A stretch of 64,000 bases of DNA from Hydrolagus affinis (Eukaryota): assembly GCA_012026655.1 (NCBI GenBank), contig JAAILG010000695.1, forward strand, positions 1 through 64,000, given 5' to 3'. Every line of letters starts with the position of its first letter. The first letter of the stretch is position 1. The notes under the pieces are model-generated. The model was not told the origin of the DNA. It saw nothing but the letters and a program-made list of their open reading frames with translations, and did not search any database. Below, one piece after another: positions 12,101-22,233 of the stretch. The position numbers were made by a program, and so were the translations under genes.

Positions 12101-15100
12101 CTGTATAATCAGTTACCATATTTTGATGACACTGGCTTTTCTCTCCCCTTCTCTCTTTGCCTTTCTCTCTCTCTCTCTCCCCTTTATCTCTTTGCCTTTT
12201 TATTTTGTTCTTTCTCTGTCTCTTCCAATCGAAGACTGTACCTGTAATAAAACCACTGAATGACTGCTGACTGAAAGAAGCCTATTGTACTTCTTTCTCA
12301 TGTAGCCGGCGTCCTGTGGTATGTGGTTAGCGGAGAGTAAAAATTCTGAAAACGAGAAGGTTAAAGCGCTTGTGTTGAAATCAATAGAATTTTTTTTTTC
12401 TTTATTCCAAAGGTTAAGGATTTGTTCCTGAAGAAATGTCCCGGCGTGAATTCCATGTTCATTGATGGATCATTTCAGCTTTTGTAGTAAGATTTTTACC
12501 CTTTGCTTCTGACAATTGTGTCAAAACTCAGATGAGTCTCAAACTGATCTTGCCTTCGTACAACAACAACAACAAAATGACACTAGTATAATGATCTTAT
12601 TGACTGGCGGGGCAGGCTCGAGGGGCTGAATGGCCTGCTCCTACTCCTAATTTTTATGTTCTTCCCTTCTTGCCTTTTTCCTTCCTTCCTTCTCGGCCTT
12701 CCGTATGCCCCTTCCTCTCCATCCTTCCTTGCCTTGTCTTCCTTCCTTCCTAGCCTTCTTTACTTGTCTGCCCTTCTTGCCTTCCTTGTCGGCCTGCTAT
12801 TCCTGCATTGTTTGTTTGCCTGCCTGCCTGCCTGCCTTTCTTTTTTTTGTGTTTGTAAACAGTAATGTTTTTAACGTGTGGTTTAGACTGGCTCCAAGCA
12901 AGCTTCACAGTCTGGTTTTGCAGCCAGTGACAAGGTAGAGGGTCAGTAACTAACAGGACCAATCATTAACGCAGTATTTGAATCTGAACACGGGGATTGT
13001 GAGTGTTCACATGGAATTTAATGAGAATTCTCGCTGGCAGGTTAAGAAAGATTCAGACCTGGGTGAGGTAATAATGACAATACTTGCATTTGATATAGCA
13101 CCTTTACCACGTCATTAAGACATATCAAACCCTCAACAGAATGTACTGTACACCAAATTGGCTATATTTTGTGGTGGGGGGGGAAATACATGTGCCAATT
13201 ACGCACGGCAGCACCTGCAAACAGTGATGGATTGAGTGACCACTGTTTTTAGAAGAGGAAGGGTAGAGAATTGCAAATATAGAAGTCACAAAGATACCAT
13301 CAAAAAAAAGGGGTGGGGGGTGTGGTGGGTGGGGGGAGGGGGGGGTGGGTGGGATAGAACTGGAAGAGATAAGACTTCATGCCTTGTGCTGCGGTGAATC
13401 AATCTCAGTTTATCCATCAATAACAGAATGCTTTGAGTGCGCTTGATGGAGTTCTGTTTCCGTCTAACAAAGTTGTTGTATGGAGGATCAAGAGGCCGCT
13501 ACTGTTTTGCAGTTTTATTTATTCCATCCTGGTGTTGATATCAGCGGGGCTGTACTTGGCCGGTGAGGAGTCCTATCTTGGTGTAATGGTGTTCGCTCTG
13601 GTCTTGGGTTGGATAAACACAATGTACTTCACTAGAGGCCTGAAGCTCACAGGGACCTACAGCATCATGATACAGAAGGTGAGACCAGAAGGTGATCGCT
13701 GGAACCTGACGCACCAGCGTGTACTTCCGCAGAATATAGCGTAAAGTGAATGAGACTTGATATTTTGTGGGCGACGGTGGCAGCCATTTGAGCCATGGCA
13801 GTGTCAGACAAATAGTCTTGGGATTCAGTAAACAAACCATTTAATTTAATTTTTTGAAAGAAATATTACTCCTACCATTCGACTAACAACTGGATTCTTT
13901 CAATAATCTCTGGCTCGCACCGTAAGTAACTCCCCATTGCCCCTCTCTCCCTCCCTTTTCACAAGCTCACCAATTGCTATGTACAACATAGTAATATAGT
14001 ACGATGTAAAATCTATTTATTTATATAGCAACACCCCCCACCCCATCTCACCAACAACGTCCATTTATATAGCGCCCTTCACGAGTGTCGGTATCTCCCA
14101 TTCAAAATAGTTTGGTGTCTGACACGGAACTGGCTTGTTTTTTTTAGAAAGAATTTGGTGGATTTTTCTATTCTCTGGGATCAAACTGAATTACTCCAAA
14201 CTGTTGTTTCTTTTTTCCAGATCCTGGTGAAAGATCTTTTCAGATTCCTTCTGGTTTACCTGCTGTTCATGATTGGTTTCACTTCAGGTTTGTTATCATA
14301 ATAATAATAATAATGATCCTTGCGTTTGCTATCAGCATCTTGTGATTTGATTGAGACTCAAAGCGCTTCACAAGATATACTGGAAAGTGGATTGACTGTA
14401 TTTGTTGGATGAAAGTCGGTAGCCAATTTGCACACAGCAGCGTCCAACAAACAGTCACCGATTGAGTGTGTGGTGGGGAGGAATTATTATACCAGGATAG
14501 TGATCTGCCAATTGTCTTAACAACTGGGTTCCTAGTTACTACTAGGCAAACAGAGGCATGTGGAGTGCGGAAACCAATGGTGACTAGAATTGTCTCTTGG
14601 CGGTTGCGGTAAAGTGAAAGATTAAGATGACTTAACTTCCAGTAATAGTAATAATAATAATAATAATCCCATCAGATGATTTCTATCCTAACACCCATAC
14701 TATATTGAATACACAGCTCTGGTCTCACTGTTGGTAACGTGTCCCGTTAACGAGGTTGAAATCTGCGACATTACAACCGATTCGCCAAACTGCACCAGTT
14801 CAACCTATCCCATCTGCAGAGATAACCTGTCCTTCAGCAAATTCCTCTTGGAGCTGTTCAGACTGACCATCGGCATGGGTGACCTGGATGTCATCAACAG
14901 CGCCAAGTTCCCCGTGGTGTTTGTCATCCTGCTGGTTTCCTACATCATCCTGACCTTCGTCCTCCTGCTTAACATGTTAATCGCGTTGATGGGTGAAACC
15001 GTGGGGCAGGTATCCAAGAAGAGCAAACAAATTTGGAAGTTACAGGTGAGAGGCGTTTCTATTGCAACAAGAACATTGGGACCTCGTGGCCTGACGCGTT

Positions 15101-16537
15101 ACTAGGCCTTGGACATCCTCCTATTGCGTGAAAGGCGCTATACAAGTGTAATTGTGTTGTTGTTGTTGTAGACCAGCCAGGTCAGAATATAGCAGTTTCA
15201 AATCCTCTGCTGAGGTACCAGATCTCAGCAAAGATAGAAGATGGACACGACAGTTAGTGTCAGTGCTTCTGGGCGAGGGACGGTGGGGTGGAAAAAAAAG
15301 TATATTGGGATTTCTGTTTTTTCTGTACCCAGAAGATCCGTGCTGGAAAGAGCATGTGTATGGACACTCAAGGTGGGAACAGGAATAGGGTCAGCTGTAA
15401 TAATGCCACCCCACGTCTGAACAGCCAGCCGTGGACACTCAGCGTCAAGGCTCTAGAAAGTTTTCCTTTGAAAACAGGAAGAGAACGGAGATTATAAAAG
15501 CAGCACAGTGTGTAGGTCGGCCCCGAGAAAAATGTCAGGGCAGGATATACTTTATAAAGCTTTTGAGTATTTGGATGTCAGGAGTCAAAAGAGGAAAGTG
15601 CTGAGCTATAATGACCTCAACAGTGTTAGCAGGGAACACAAGAGATGAATTGCCAGGGACACTCACGGTCAGAGGTAGCTGTCTTACATTGTTTTTTTTT
15701 TGGTGGGGTTGGGGGTGAGGGGAGACTGTATTGAAGTAATAGAGGTGTAAATAGTACATTTCTCATTCTTTAGTGGGCTACTACAATCCTGGACGTTGAG
15801 AGATCATTCCCGATATGTCTAAGGAAAGCATTCCGCTCAGGGGAGATGGTTACGGTGGGAATCAATTCTGATGGCACTCCGGACCGACGGTGGTGCTTCA
15901 GGTAGGTAATTGTTAAGTGTTCCCCGTCTAAATCCTTTATTTTATTTAATATTCCTTTGTAGTTGGCCTGGAATGCCTGTGAACCTTGGTCCCTCCCTCC
16001 CTCCCTCCCTCCCCCCCTCCCTCCCTCCCCCCCTCCCCCTCTCCCTCCCTTCCCCCGCCACTCCCTTCCTCCCAACAATAATTTAACTCGACTCCCTTTC
16101 CCTCGTCGTCCACGTTCTAGGGTAGATGAAGTGAATTGGTCGCATTGGAACCAAAATGTTGGAATTATTAATGAGGATCCAGGGAGGAATGAAACCCACC
16201 AGTGCGATGGCGGCATCAACCAAACAATGGGCCGCCTGCGCAGAGGTGAGACACGGATGTGGGGGTGTGGGATATTGGTGCAAACCATTCCAGTCCTTTC
16301 TCCCGAGGTTGACATCCGATCAGACCACGCGAGCATTAAATCCTCTTTGTTTGCTTGACGGCAGATCGCTGGTCGACTGTTGTTCCACGGGTTGTGGAGC
16401 TGAGCAAACCCTCTCGTGCTGACGAGTACGTGGTGGGAATGGAACACATCTCGATGGACCATCCGCGGGAAAGAAAGCACGGATACAGCCACTCGCAACG
16501 GAACATCCACTGGAAAAGGGACGAGTCACACATCTAA
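7..16537 (+). CDS. TRPV4: Transient receptor potential vanilloid 4 channel, 5'-partial multi-exon CDS (14 exons in window, ~751 aa)
   Basis: Spliced translation gives ankyrin repeats, S1-S6, pore TIGMGD, TRP box IWKLQ and C-terminal [12 protein letters not shown]. Exon sizes 153/141/299/180/159/93/74/166/67/128 match mammalian TRPV4. Total 2257 nt keeps frame to TAA. Confidence 0.98.
781..975 (-). mobile_element. Young tRNA/Deu-like SINE, 3' half
   Basis: Matches many copies in the window: ...gctgtgcgcaattggctgccgc...cactttactgtatattctgtgaagcgctttgaga...gcgctatatcaaatg+(ATT/GAT)n tail. Confidence 0.85.
1595..1735 (+). mobile_element. CR1 (HER1-like) LINE 3' end
   Basis: gatcttattgaatggcggggggcaggcttgaggggccgaatggcctacccctgctcctaattcttatg; repeated at 12588-12662. 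Confidence 0.75.
1970..2145 (-). mobile_element. Young SINE 3' half
   Basis: Same family tail as 781-975. Confidence 0.8.
2743..2895 (+). CDS. TRPV4: TRPV4 exon 4 equivalent
   Basis: [22 protein letters not shown]...FRDVYYR; AG/GT flanks; 153 nt. Confidence 0.97.
3000..3325 (-). mobile_element. SINE, near full length (long-middle subfamily)
   Basis: tRNA-like head (tagcgtagtgg...ggttcgattcc) plus Deu-like core. Confidence 0.8.
4105..4448. repeat. Tail-to-tail inverted pair of SINE 3' halves (long palindrome)
   Basis: 4105-4268 (+) is the reverse complement of 4273-4448 (-), with a spacer of only a few nt. Confidence 0.9.
4607..4747 (+). CDS. TRPV4: TRPV4 exon 5 equivalent
   Basis: [47 protein letters not shown]; 141 nt; acag/gtaag. 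Confidence 0.97.
5001..5256 (-). mobile_element. Chimeric retroelement: SINE tRNA head joined to L2 3' end
   Basis: Head is the same family as 38849 and 10904; body encodes [11 protein letters not shown] (L2 ORF2 C-terminus) and ends in a (GTT)n tail. Confidence 0.7.
5278..5495 (+). mobile_element. SINE, 3'-truncated (long-middle subfamily)
   Basis: Degenerate head, then aagtttccttaactcc...gattggcggatcgc...gctgtgcgcaattggctgc. Confidence 0.7.
6288..6820 (-). mobile_element. Cluster of three SINE tails (6288-6410, 6598-6690, 6690-6820) with a + strand CR1 3' end (6430-6552) among them
   Basis: Recurrent aataataatccttgcatttgatatagcgc motifs; CR1 tail ggcatgatgggccaaatggcctccttctatgctgta. Confidence 0.75.
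8640..8938 (+). CDS. TRPV4: TRPV4 exon 6 equivalent
   Basis: [13 protein letters not shown]...[15 protein letters not shown]...AAKLGQIG; 299 nt. Confidence 0.97.
9265..9444 (+). CDS. TRPV4: TRPV4 exon 7 equivalent
   Basis: [37 protein letters not shown]...ILVYNGKIE; 180 nt. Confidence 0.97.
10253..10411 (+). CDS. TRPV4: TRPV4 exon 8 equivalent (pre-S1/S1)
   Basis: [28 protein letters not shown]...YYRPSDGK; 159 nt; donor GTAAGT. Confidence 0.97.
10599..10904 (-). mobile_element. Full-length young tRNA-derived SINE (~305 bp)
   Basis: Head ggagctcctgtagctcagcggttagagcactcgcc...ggttcaattcc (A and B boxes), core, and stem-loop tail with (ATT)n. Confidence 0.88.
11231..11323 (+). CDS. TRPV4: TRPV4 exon 9 equivalent (S2)
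   Basis: [31 protein letters not shown]; 93 nt. Confidence 0.96.
12413..12486 (+). CDS. TRPV4: TRPV4 exon 10 equivalent
   Basis: [24 protein letters not shown]; 74 nt; aag/gtaag. Confidence 0.96.
12588..12662 (+). mobile_element. CR1 LINE 3' end
   Basis: Near-identical to 1660-1735. Confidence 0.75.
12660..12845. repeat. Pyrimidine-rich low-complexity (CCTT/CCTG)n tract
   Basis: Degenerate cctt/gcct repeats. Confidence 0.8.
13069..13250 (-). mobile_element. Degraded SINE 3' half
   Basis: ttgcatttgatatagc...gccaattacgcacggcagc...aaacag. Confidence 0.65.
13513..13678 (+). CDS. TRPV4: TRPV4 exon 11 equivalent (S3-S4)
   Basis: [17 protein letters not shown]...[25 protein letters not shown]; 166 nt. 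Confidence 0.97.
14221..14287 (+). CDS. TRPV4: TRPV4 exon 12 equivalent (S5)
   Basis: [22 protein letters not shown]; 67 nt; ttccag/gtttgt. Confidence 0.96.
14299..14575 (-). mobile_element. SINE (long-middle subfamily), 12 nt downstream of a TRPV4 donor
   Basis: Tail plus core plus middle segment matching 3126-3240 and 18660-18760. Confidence 0.75.
14717..15045 (+). CDS. TRPV4: TRPV4 exon 13 equivalent (turret, pore, S6, TRP box)
   Basis: ALVSLL...NCT...LTIGMGDL...[14 protein letters not shown]...IWKLQ; 329 nt. Confidence 0.97.
15170..15480 (+). mobile_element. Old SINE, LF-SINE-like; related copies near 42600-42750 and 54080-54380
   Basis: gatctcagc...tgctggaaagagcatgtgtatggaca...gggtcagctgt motifs recur. 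Family name is from memory of the consensus. Confidence 0.45.
15774..15901 (+). CDS. TRPV4: TRPV4 exon 14 equivalent
   Basis: [29 protein letters not shown]...PDRRWCFR; 128 nt. Confidence 0.97.
15990..16072. repeat. C-rich (CCCT)n tract, G4-prone on - strand
   Basis: ccctccctccctccctccctccccccctcc... Confidence 0.8.
16121..16245 (+). CDS. TRPV4: TRPV4 exon 15 equivalent
   Basis: [21 protein letters not shown]...MGRLRR; 125 nt. Confidence 0.96.
16365..16537 (+). CDS. TRPV4: TRPV4 last coding exon
   Basis: [15 protein letters not shown]...WKRDESHI then TAA at 16535-16537. Confidence 0.95.
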
Positions 16538-18325
16538 GTTATTACTGTCCAGCATTAATAATGTCCAGCATTATTTCTTGAACTCTGGCATTAAATCAAA
16601 TCACACGTTGGGGGGACCTTATAGGGGATCTTATAGGCGAGCATCACACAGTTCAGTGGAGTCCCTCTTGTGGGGTTCTGCTCCCCAATAATCACGCTTC
16701 GGGTTAGATCTATTCTTATCAGTGGACACTGATGAGATCAAAGTACCTTGGTGATACCAGGCTCCCCCTTCTGTAGGCTAATGTGATGGCATTCTGAACA
16801 CCAAAGCTGGATATTTGCAAGTGAACCTGCCTTAGCCCGAGTTTCCTTCTGGTCAACCAGTTTTGTGTGGAAGCAGGTGGTAGATGTGAATCATGTTGTT
16901 ACAACATTAAGTGTAATTTTTTTAAGATATGAAAGAAAATCATCCCTCTTCTTCAAGCCTGGTTTGCTTCCAATCTGTTAAACCAGCACAAAAAACCTAC
17001 TGCTGTATGGAGTATTCAAGATCCTCACCCTTTGACCATGCTTTCAGTCACCCTCCTTCTCCCCCGCCCCCCTGCCCTCCACCCTCCCTGACCCTCAGCT
17101 CGGGTCAGAAACACATGATTGTCCAGATTGTCCTCCCGATGTGAAAGATGTTTTACAAATGTAATTTTGTTGTTGTTATTTTTCTTATTCATCTCAGTCC
17201 ACACCTATATATATATATTATATATATATTATATATAATCCTACAATATTGTTTGCAGAAGAAGTACTCACTCAGCAAGTTCTTTTTTGTGGGGGCGCGG
17301 GGGTGGAATTCAAATGCTTTTGCTGGAATGTCATCACAAATACTTGCTACTTCACATGAAGAAAATATTTATTTCCCTTTTAAGTCTTAATTTGGGTGAG
17401 GGGGGCTTCTTACTTTTAAACATCTGATCTCTAGACGGGCTCTCACTGTCCCAAGTCAAATTAAATCTTCTTACATCTACCTCAACTATGTTCATTTTAA
17501 AGATGTGGATCGTTTTTATCGTTTATTGTTTTTTTTCCATCTTTGACTACACCCTTCTTTTGCCATCTTACCCCCTTACCCTCCACTCTTCCCTGATCCC
17601 AACTGCTATCTCGGGCACAAATCCTTGCCTGCCCAGCACCACTGGGGTGTCCTGCTGATGTGAGAGGTGCTACGCAAATCTTAACTGTTATTAAGTTCAG
17701 CTCAATCTCTCCTCCTAAGAGATTTCTCAGAACCTCAAGTGTTTAATATGCCAAATAATATATGCTTGGAAAGAATAGGGCCTTTGATCAGCTGCAAAAG
17801 CCTAAATCTTCCCACCTTGAATCTTTATCTGAGTTTTTTTTAAATTTTAGAATGCATATTTATGACTTATATTATGTCAAGTTCATACGTTGTACAGAAA
17901 GGCACTATACACGTGTAATTTGTGGTTGCAGTAGAGTATTGTGGCTTTGAAGTGCTGCTCAGTGAGTTTCTGGACCTCTATTTGTGACTTGGACCAGAGT
18001 TTAAATGTACTGTGTTTCTTACCTCCTCTGCTGCCCAGTACCTTAAAATAACCAAGAGCGAGTCAATTAAAACGATGAGACTGTAGTTTTGCTCTGCGGA
18101 ATGTGCCTCAACTGGGTGCCTCAACCTTCCTCACGTGCCACACTCTCTTGGGTCTTTTTCTTTACCAATGAGTCAATTCCATTGCTTTTAGGGATCGAGT
18201 TCCACTGGTCCATCATCAATTGACAGTTTTCACAAGAGTGAAAAATTCACTACAAACTAAATCATGCTTGAAATCTTTTTTTCCAGCAAAGTTCTGAAGT
18301 CAAGCCATTGTTGTTCCTGCTCAAT

Positions 18326-18366
18326 ATTAAAAAAAATATTTTCTTGTACATATATTAAGTATTAAA
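18326..18366 (+). promoter_or_regulatory. Candidate TRPV4 polyadenylation signals (two ATTAAA)
   Basis: ATTAAA at 18326 and 18361 after AU-rich UTR-like sequence, followed by T-rich ctgttactttcttt. No transcript evidence. Confidence 0.3.
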
Positions 18367-18587
18367 TATTCTGTTACTTTCTTTGGGGAAACAGTAAAAT
18401 AGAACGTTTTCGAATATGTGTTGCACTGCATTTAGATAAAATATTATACGGCAAACGCTTAATATTTTCAACGGCTGCAAAAAAAAATCTATTGATACTA
18501 CGGTGCTTTTATGGAATATTTAAAGGGACATTCCAGGCTTTTTTTTTGTTTCTTCCTAAAGGCACTAACCTTTGATGAGGTGTAATT

Positions 18588-18930
18588 GGGAGTCCTGTAG
18601 TGTAGTGGTTAGTACACTCGCCTCCCAGGTTCGATTCTCAGGCAGGGTGAAACCTTAGGCAAGTTTCCTTACTCCACCAATCTTATTATACTAGCAGTGA
18701 GTAGGAACCCAATTGTTGGCTGATTGGCGGATCGCTTTCTGGAGATAGTAATCCCTCCAATTTTTTTTTTAAAATTCGCTTAATCCGTGACTGTTTGCCT
18801 AGACACTGCCATGTGCAATTGTTGCCTGGGATTCGCCTACAAATACTCACGTCAATCCACTTTACAGTATATCCTGTGAAGCGTTTTGAGACGACATAAG
18901 GCCCGCTATCAAATGTAAGGATTGTTATGA
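18588..18930 (+). mobile_element. Full-length SINE (long-middle subfamily)
   Basis: ggagtcctgtagtgtagtggttag...ggttcgattc...core...cgctatcaaatgtaaggatt. Confidence 0.82.
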
Positions 18931-21900
18931 TGATATAGTTTCAGTGGGTCCAGGCGCCTCTGCTACCTCGTCTGAATTGCCATTCTTTTGTGTGTGAGCC
19001 TGGGATACTGAGCGCTGAGCACGATGACAAATCACAAGACTGTGACTGAGAAACAGATCACAATTGCCTGCAGGATTGAAGGCTGCACATTTCTCTCACT
19101 CTGTTAATACTGACACCTTGTAACTGATATGCTGTCAACTGGTCTTAGTATTGAGATTTTTTGTGGTCTATTTTTGAGATGAATACTGGATGAAGTAGTG
19201 GCTGCCATATATTGGTTGCTAATTACGTAGCAATAATGATTTGCTCTTATTTTTGTGCCTTTCACACTGGGAAGACATCTGAAATGTGCTTGTCACTGCT
19301 GGGCTGGGCATTCAATGTGTGCCTACATTGCACTGGCTTCAACCACCCTTCCTGTGGCAATCGTGGCTGTTATTTTATTCTTATCAAAGGTAACTTATTG
19401 GATGCAATGGGGAGGTTTTGTTTTCAAGAAAACAAATGCGGAAATTTACAGCTAGTCAATCATTATCCGAAAAATGGATTAACTTTCCTCAAGTTGTTTT
19501 GAGAGAGAAATATTACAATAGTGTCAGAAGCTAGGCGGTCAAGGAGTGTCACATATGTTAAAAACATAATAAGGTGGTTGCAGCCTGGACTTCCTCTTTA
19601 ACTATTTAAAAATGTATTTTCTGATCTGAGGTCGATATGCTTGATCAGTGTCCAGTTTTATAATGTCTGTCTTAAGTTAGAAATTTGTATTAAATTCAGA
19701 GAATTACTGCTCAGGGTGAAATATCTGTAAGAATTCTAATACAAAACAATGCATTTCTCCACCCCCCAAGTTTGATTCATGTATGTATAACAGTTTCATG
19801 TGGTGGGAAAATGTGACCAAATCCTAGTGAGAGTTTCAGTGAGAGTGGTGGACTTGGCGACAATATATTCAACAAGAGCATATATCGACAAAAGGATTTT
19901 TTTTTCTCTGCGCAATACTTACCAATATACTATACTAAATAAGGCCAATGAAAGATTAGTGGGTTATATACAAATCAGGAATGCAAAATTTGAATACGCC
20001 CAAGACTTTAATTCGGAGAATTGACTTAAATGTGAGAAACAAAGTTATGTGTCACACATGTTAATCCTATGTCACATATAACGAGTTGTGATCGCAAGAC
20101 TTCATATATATTTTGATCAATTCCTTTAACAAAATTCCTTCAAAAATGTTTAGACTGTACAGTATTCAGTTGAATTCTTCAGATCTTGCAGTGGAAGAGA
20201 TTGTCCATCAGATGGCACTAAAGTACCTGACATTGGTCGTTGTACTTGTTCCCTCAAAATTGAGCATGTTAAGATAGGCTGGAGGCACAATCCAGACCTA
20301 TTTAGAAACAGTTTTCTATCATTCATGTTGCCTTTGAAGTCATTTCACATCCGGTGCTTATAAAGTGAGAAGCAACAGCAAACAATGTCAAGCCAATCAC
20401 TTTTAGGGAGCATTAAGGTGCTAATAAGACAATTCTCTCTAAATCCAATCACTAATCAGCAGACGCGGATTAACCCGCTATCTGTTTTTTTTAAAAAAAA
20501 GAGCAGCCTCTGTTGGGCTAGTTAGGCAGAGAATACAGCAAACCAGTTATTGCAAATTACTTGCCCACCGGTATATTCAGTGATACACTGAAATTTTATT
20601 TTCAGCCCCATCTTTCATTTTCCTTTCTTCCCGAGCCACAATCGTATTCTCAAGCCAAGGAGATACAGTTTCCAGCACTCGCTAATGGCTTGATCTACAA
20701 CTCATTATTAGATAGGATGCAATAATCTGAATTAGTTGGAAGACTAGTTTTGCCCTGTGACGGGATAAACTCTGCTCATTACCTTCAAATGCAGGAACAA
20801 TTACTATGGAAGTACTGTGGACTATATAGGCCCCAAAAGGCGTAAAGCTCATAAAGGCTCTAAAAATGAGTGTGGGGGAGGGAGGTGGCAAATGCAACTT
20901 ATAATAGAGGTACTTTTCACAGCCACTTTCGAATTCTCTTTCGACTGTTAAGTACCGTTATCCCGAGGCCTGCTTCAGCGGGCCACTCGAGAGATAAGCA
21001 GGCGTTTTGCATGGCTAATAAACTCATCTTCCTGTTGCATTTGACCCTAACCCAGGACATCGCTGTGGGACTATCTTAAGTTTCAGGATTTCACGTTTGA
21101 TGCCGGGATCATTTCTCCACTTTGTCAGGAAGTGTATAAGCTGTTTTGCGCACCTCAAACTAGGATAACAATCCTGCCCGTTTATCTCCAAATGGTCACC
21201 TACACGGCAGCTATCCTCAGGGCATGAAAGTAAGGCAAGCTGTAACTGTTAGTGATGGTGAGCTGGCAGCTGGAGTTGCCTGCACTTCACACATAAATGA
21301 ACTCTTTGAGGACCACGATAGTATTATTAATGTCACCTCTCATCCTCCACAATTTACAAGTGCTTTTCAGTCCTTTGAACTGCTCCGTACTCAGGATGGA
21401 GGAAAGGCCCCTGACCTATTGCCAGGCATTTGTTAGCATCTCTACATTGGCGGGTTAGGAGAGATGCGATAATAGGTTGTGTTGACTTGCTCTCCCAATT
21501 CATATTAATTCAGTAGAAGTGTTTCTCCTCAGCTTTGTGCCTACTGTGCAAAACACATCACAGGACCAAGAGCCCTTTACTGATGACAGATTATTTCTGA
21601 TAAGAGGAACTCCCACATGCTAATTTGCATTTATATATCACCATTTCACACATAAAAAGTCTTGAGCGCTTCACAAAATGTAATCGACTAGAAATCAAGT
21701 GTATGTTTCACAGAGAAACAATGCAGCAGCAAGACCCTATAAACGATGCGATGAGAACCAATCAATTTGGATTAGGAAGAGAAATGTAAACCGGGTATGA
21801 TTCTACATGTGGCAATAATCTCTTGTATTTTATGACACCCTTCACACAAATTATTTAGGAATTATTATTATTTGCTTCTTTCTTGGGACGTCCTCCTGAC

Positions 21901-22057
21901 GTGAAATGCAATTGTATAGTTCTTGTTCTTGGGAGTCAAAATTGTGTGAGCATAGGCACAGCTAGAGATAGGATTTGAGGTGAGATTTAAAGAAATGGAC
22001 CTATTGACACATGAAAGCCAACTAGAATAAAAGCTCGTTTATCTGTGACCTAATGAA

Positions 22058-22233
22058 CCGTAATTTCCGTATAACCGGCACCTCAAAAAAAAGGTCCGCA
22101 TTCGATTAACCGGAATTTATCCGGCAAAAAAATTTATTTAAATTGTTTTGTGTGTTTTTGGTTGAATATCCAGCATGTGCTTTAATTGGCATTGGCCAGG
22201 TACCGAGGGTGCCGGAAAAACGGGTTTTTACTG
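22058..22233. mobile_element. Degenerate MITE, Tc1/mariner (pogo/Tigger-like)
   Basis: Imperfect TIRs ccgtaatttccgtataaccggcacc / ggtgccggaaaaacgggtttttactg, with internal subterminal repeats (taaccgg, tatccggc). Confidence 0.55.

Noticed and set aside
15770-16510. 246-aa antisense ORF
   Set aside because: Shadow of TRPV4 exons plus a low-complexity G/R run from the C-rich intron.
16712-16737. Resemblance to miR-21 (cttatcag...actgatg)
   Set aside because: Interrupted by 5 nt and lacks a full precursor; coincidental.
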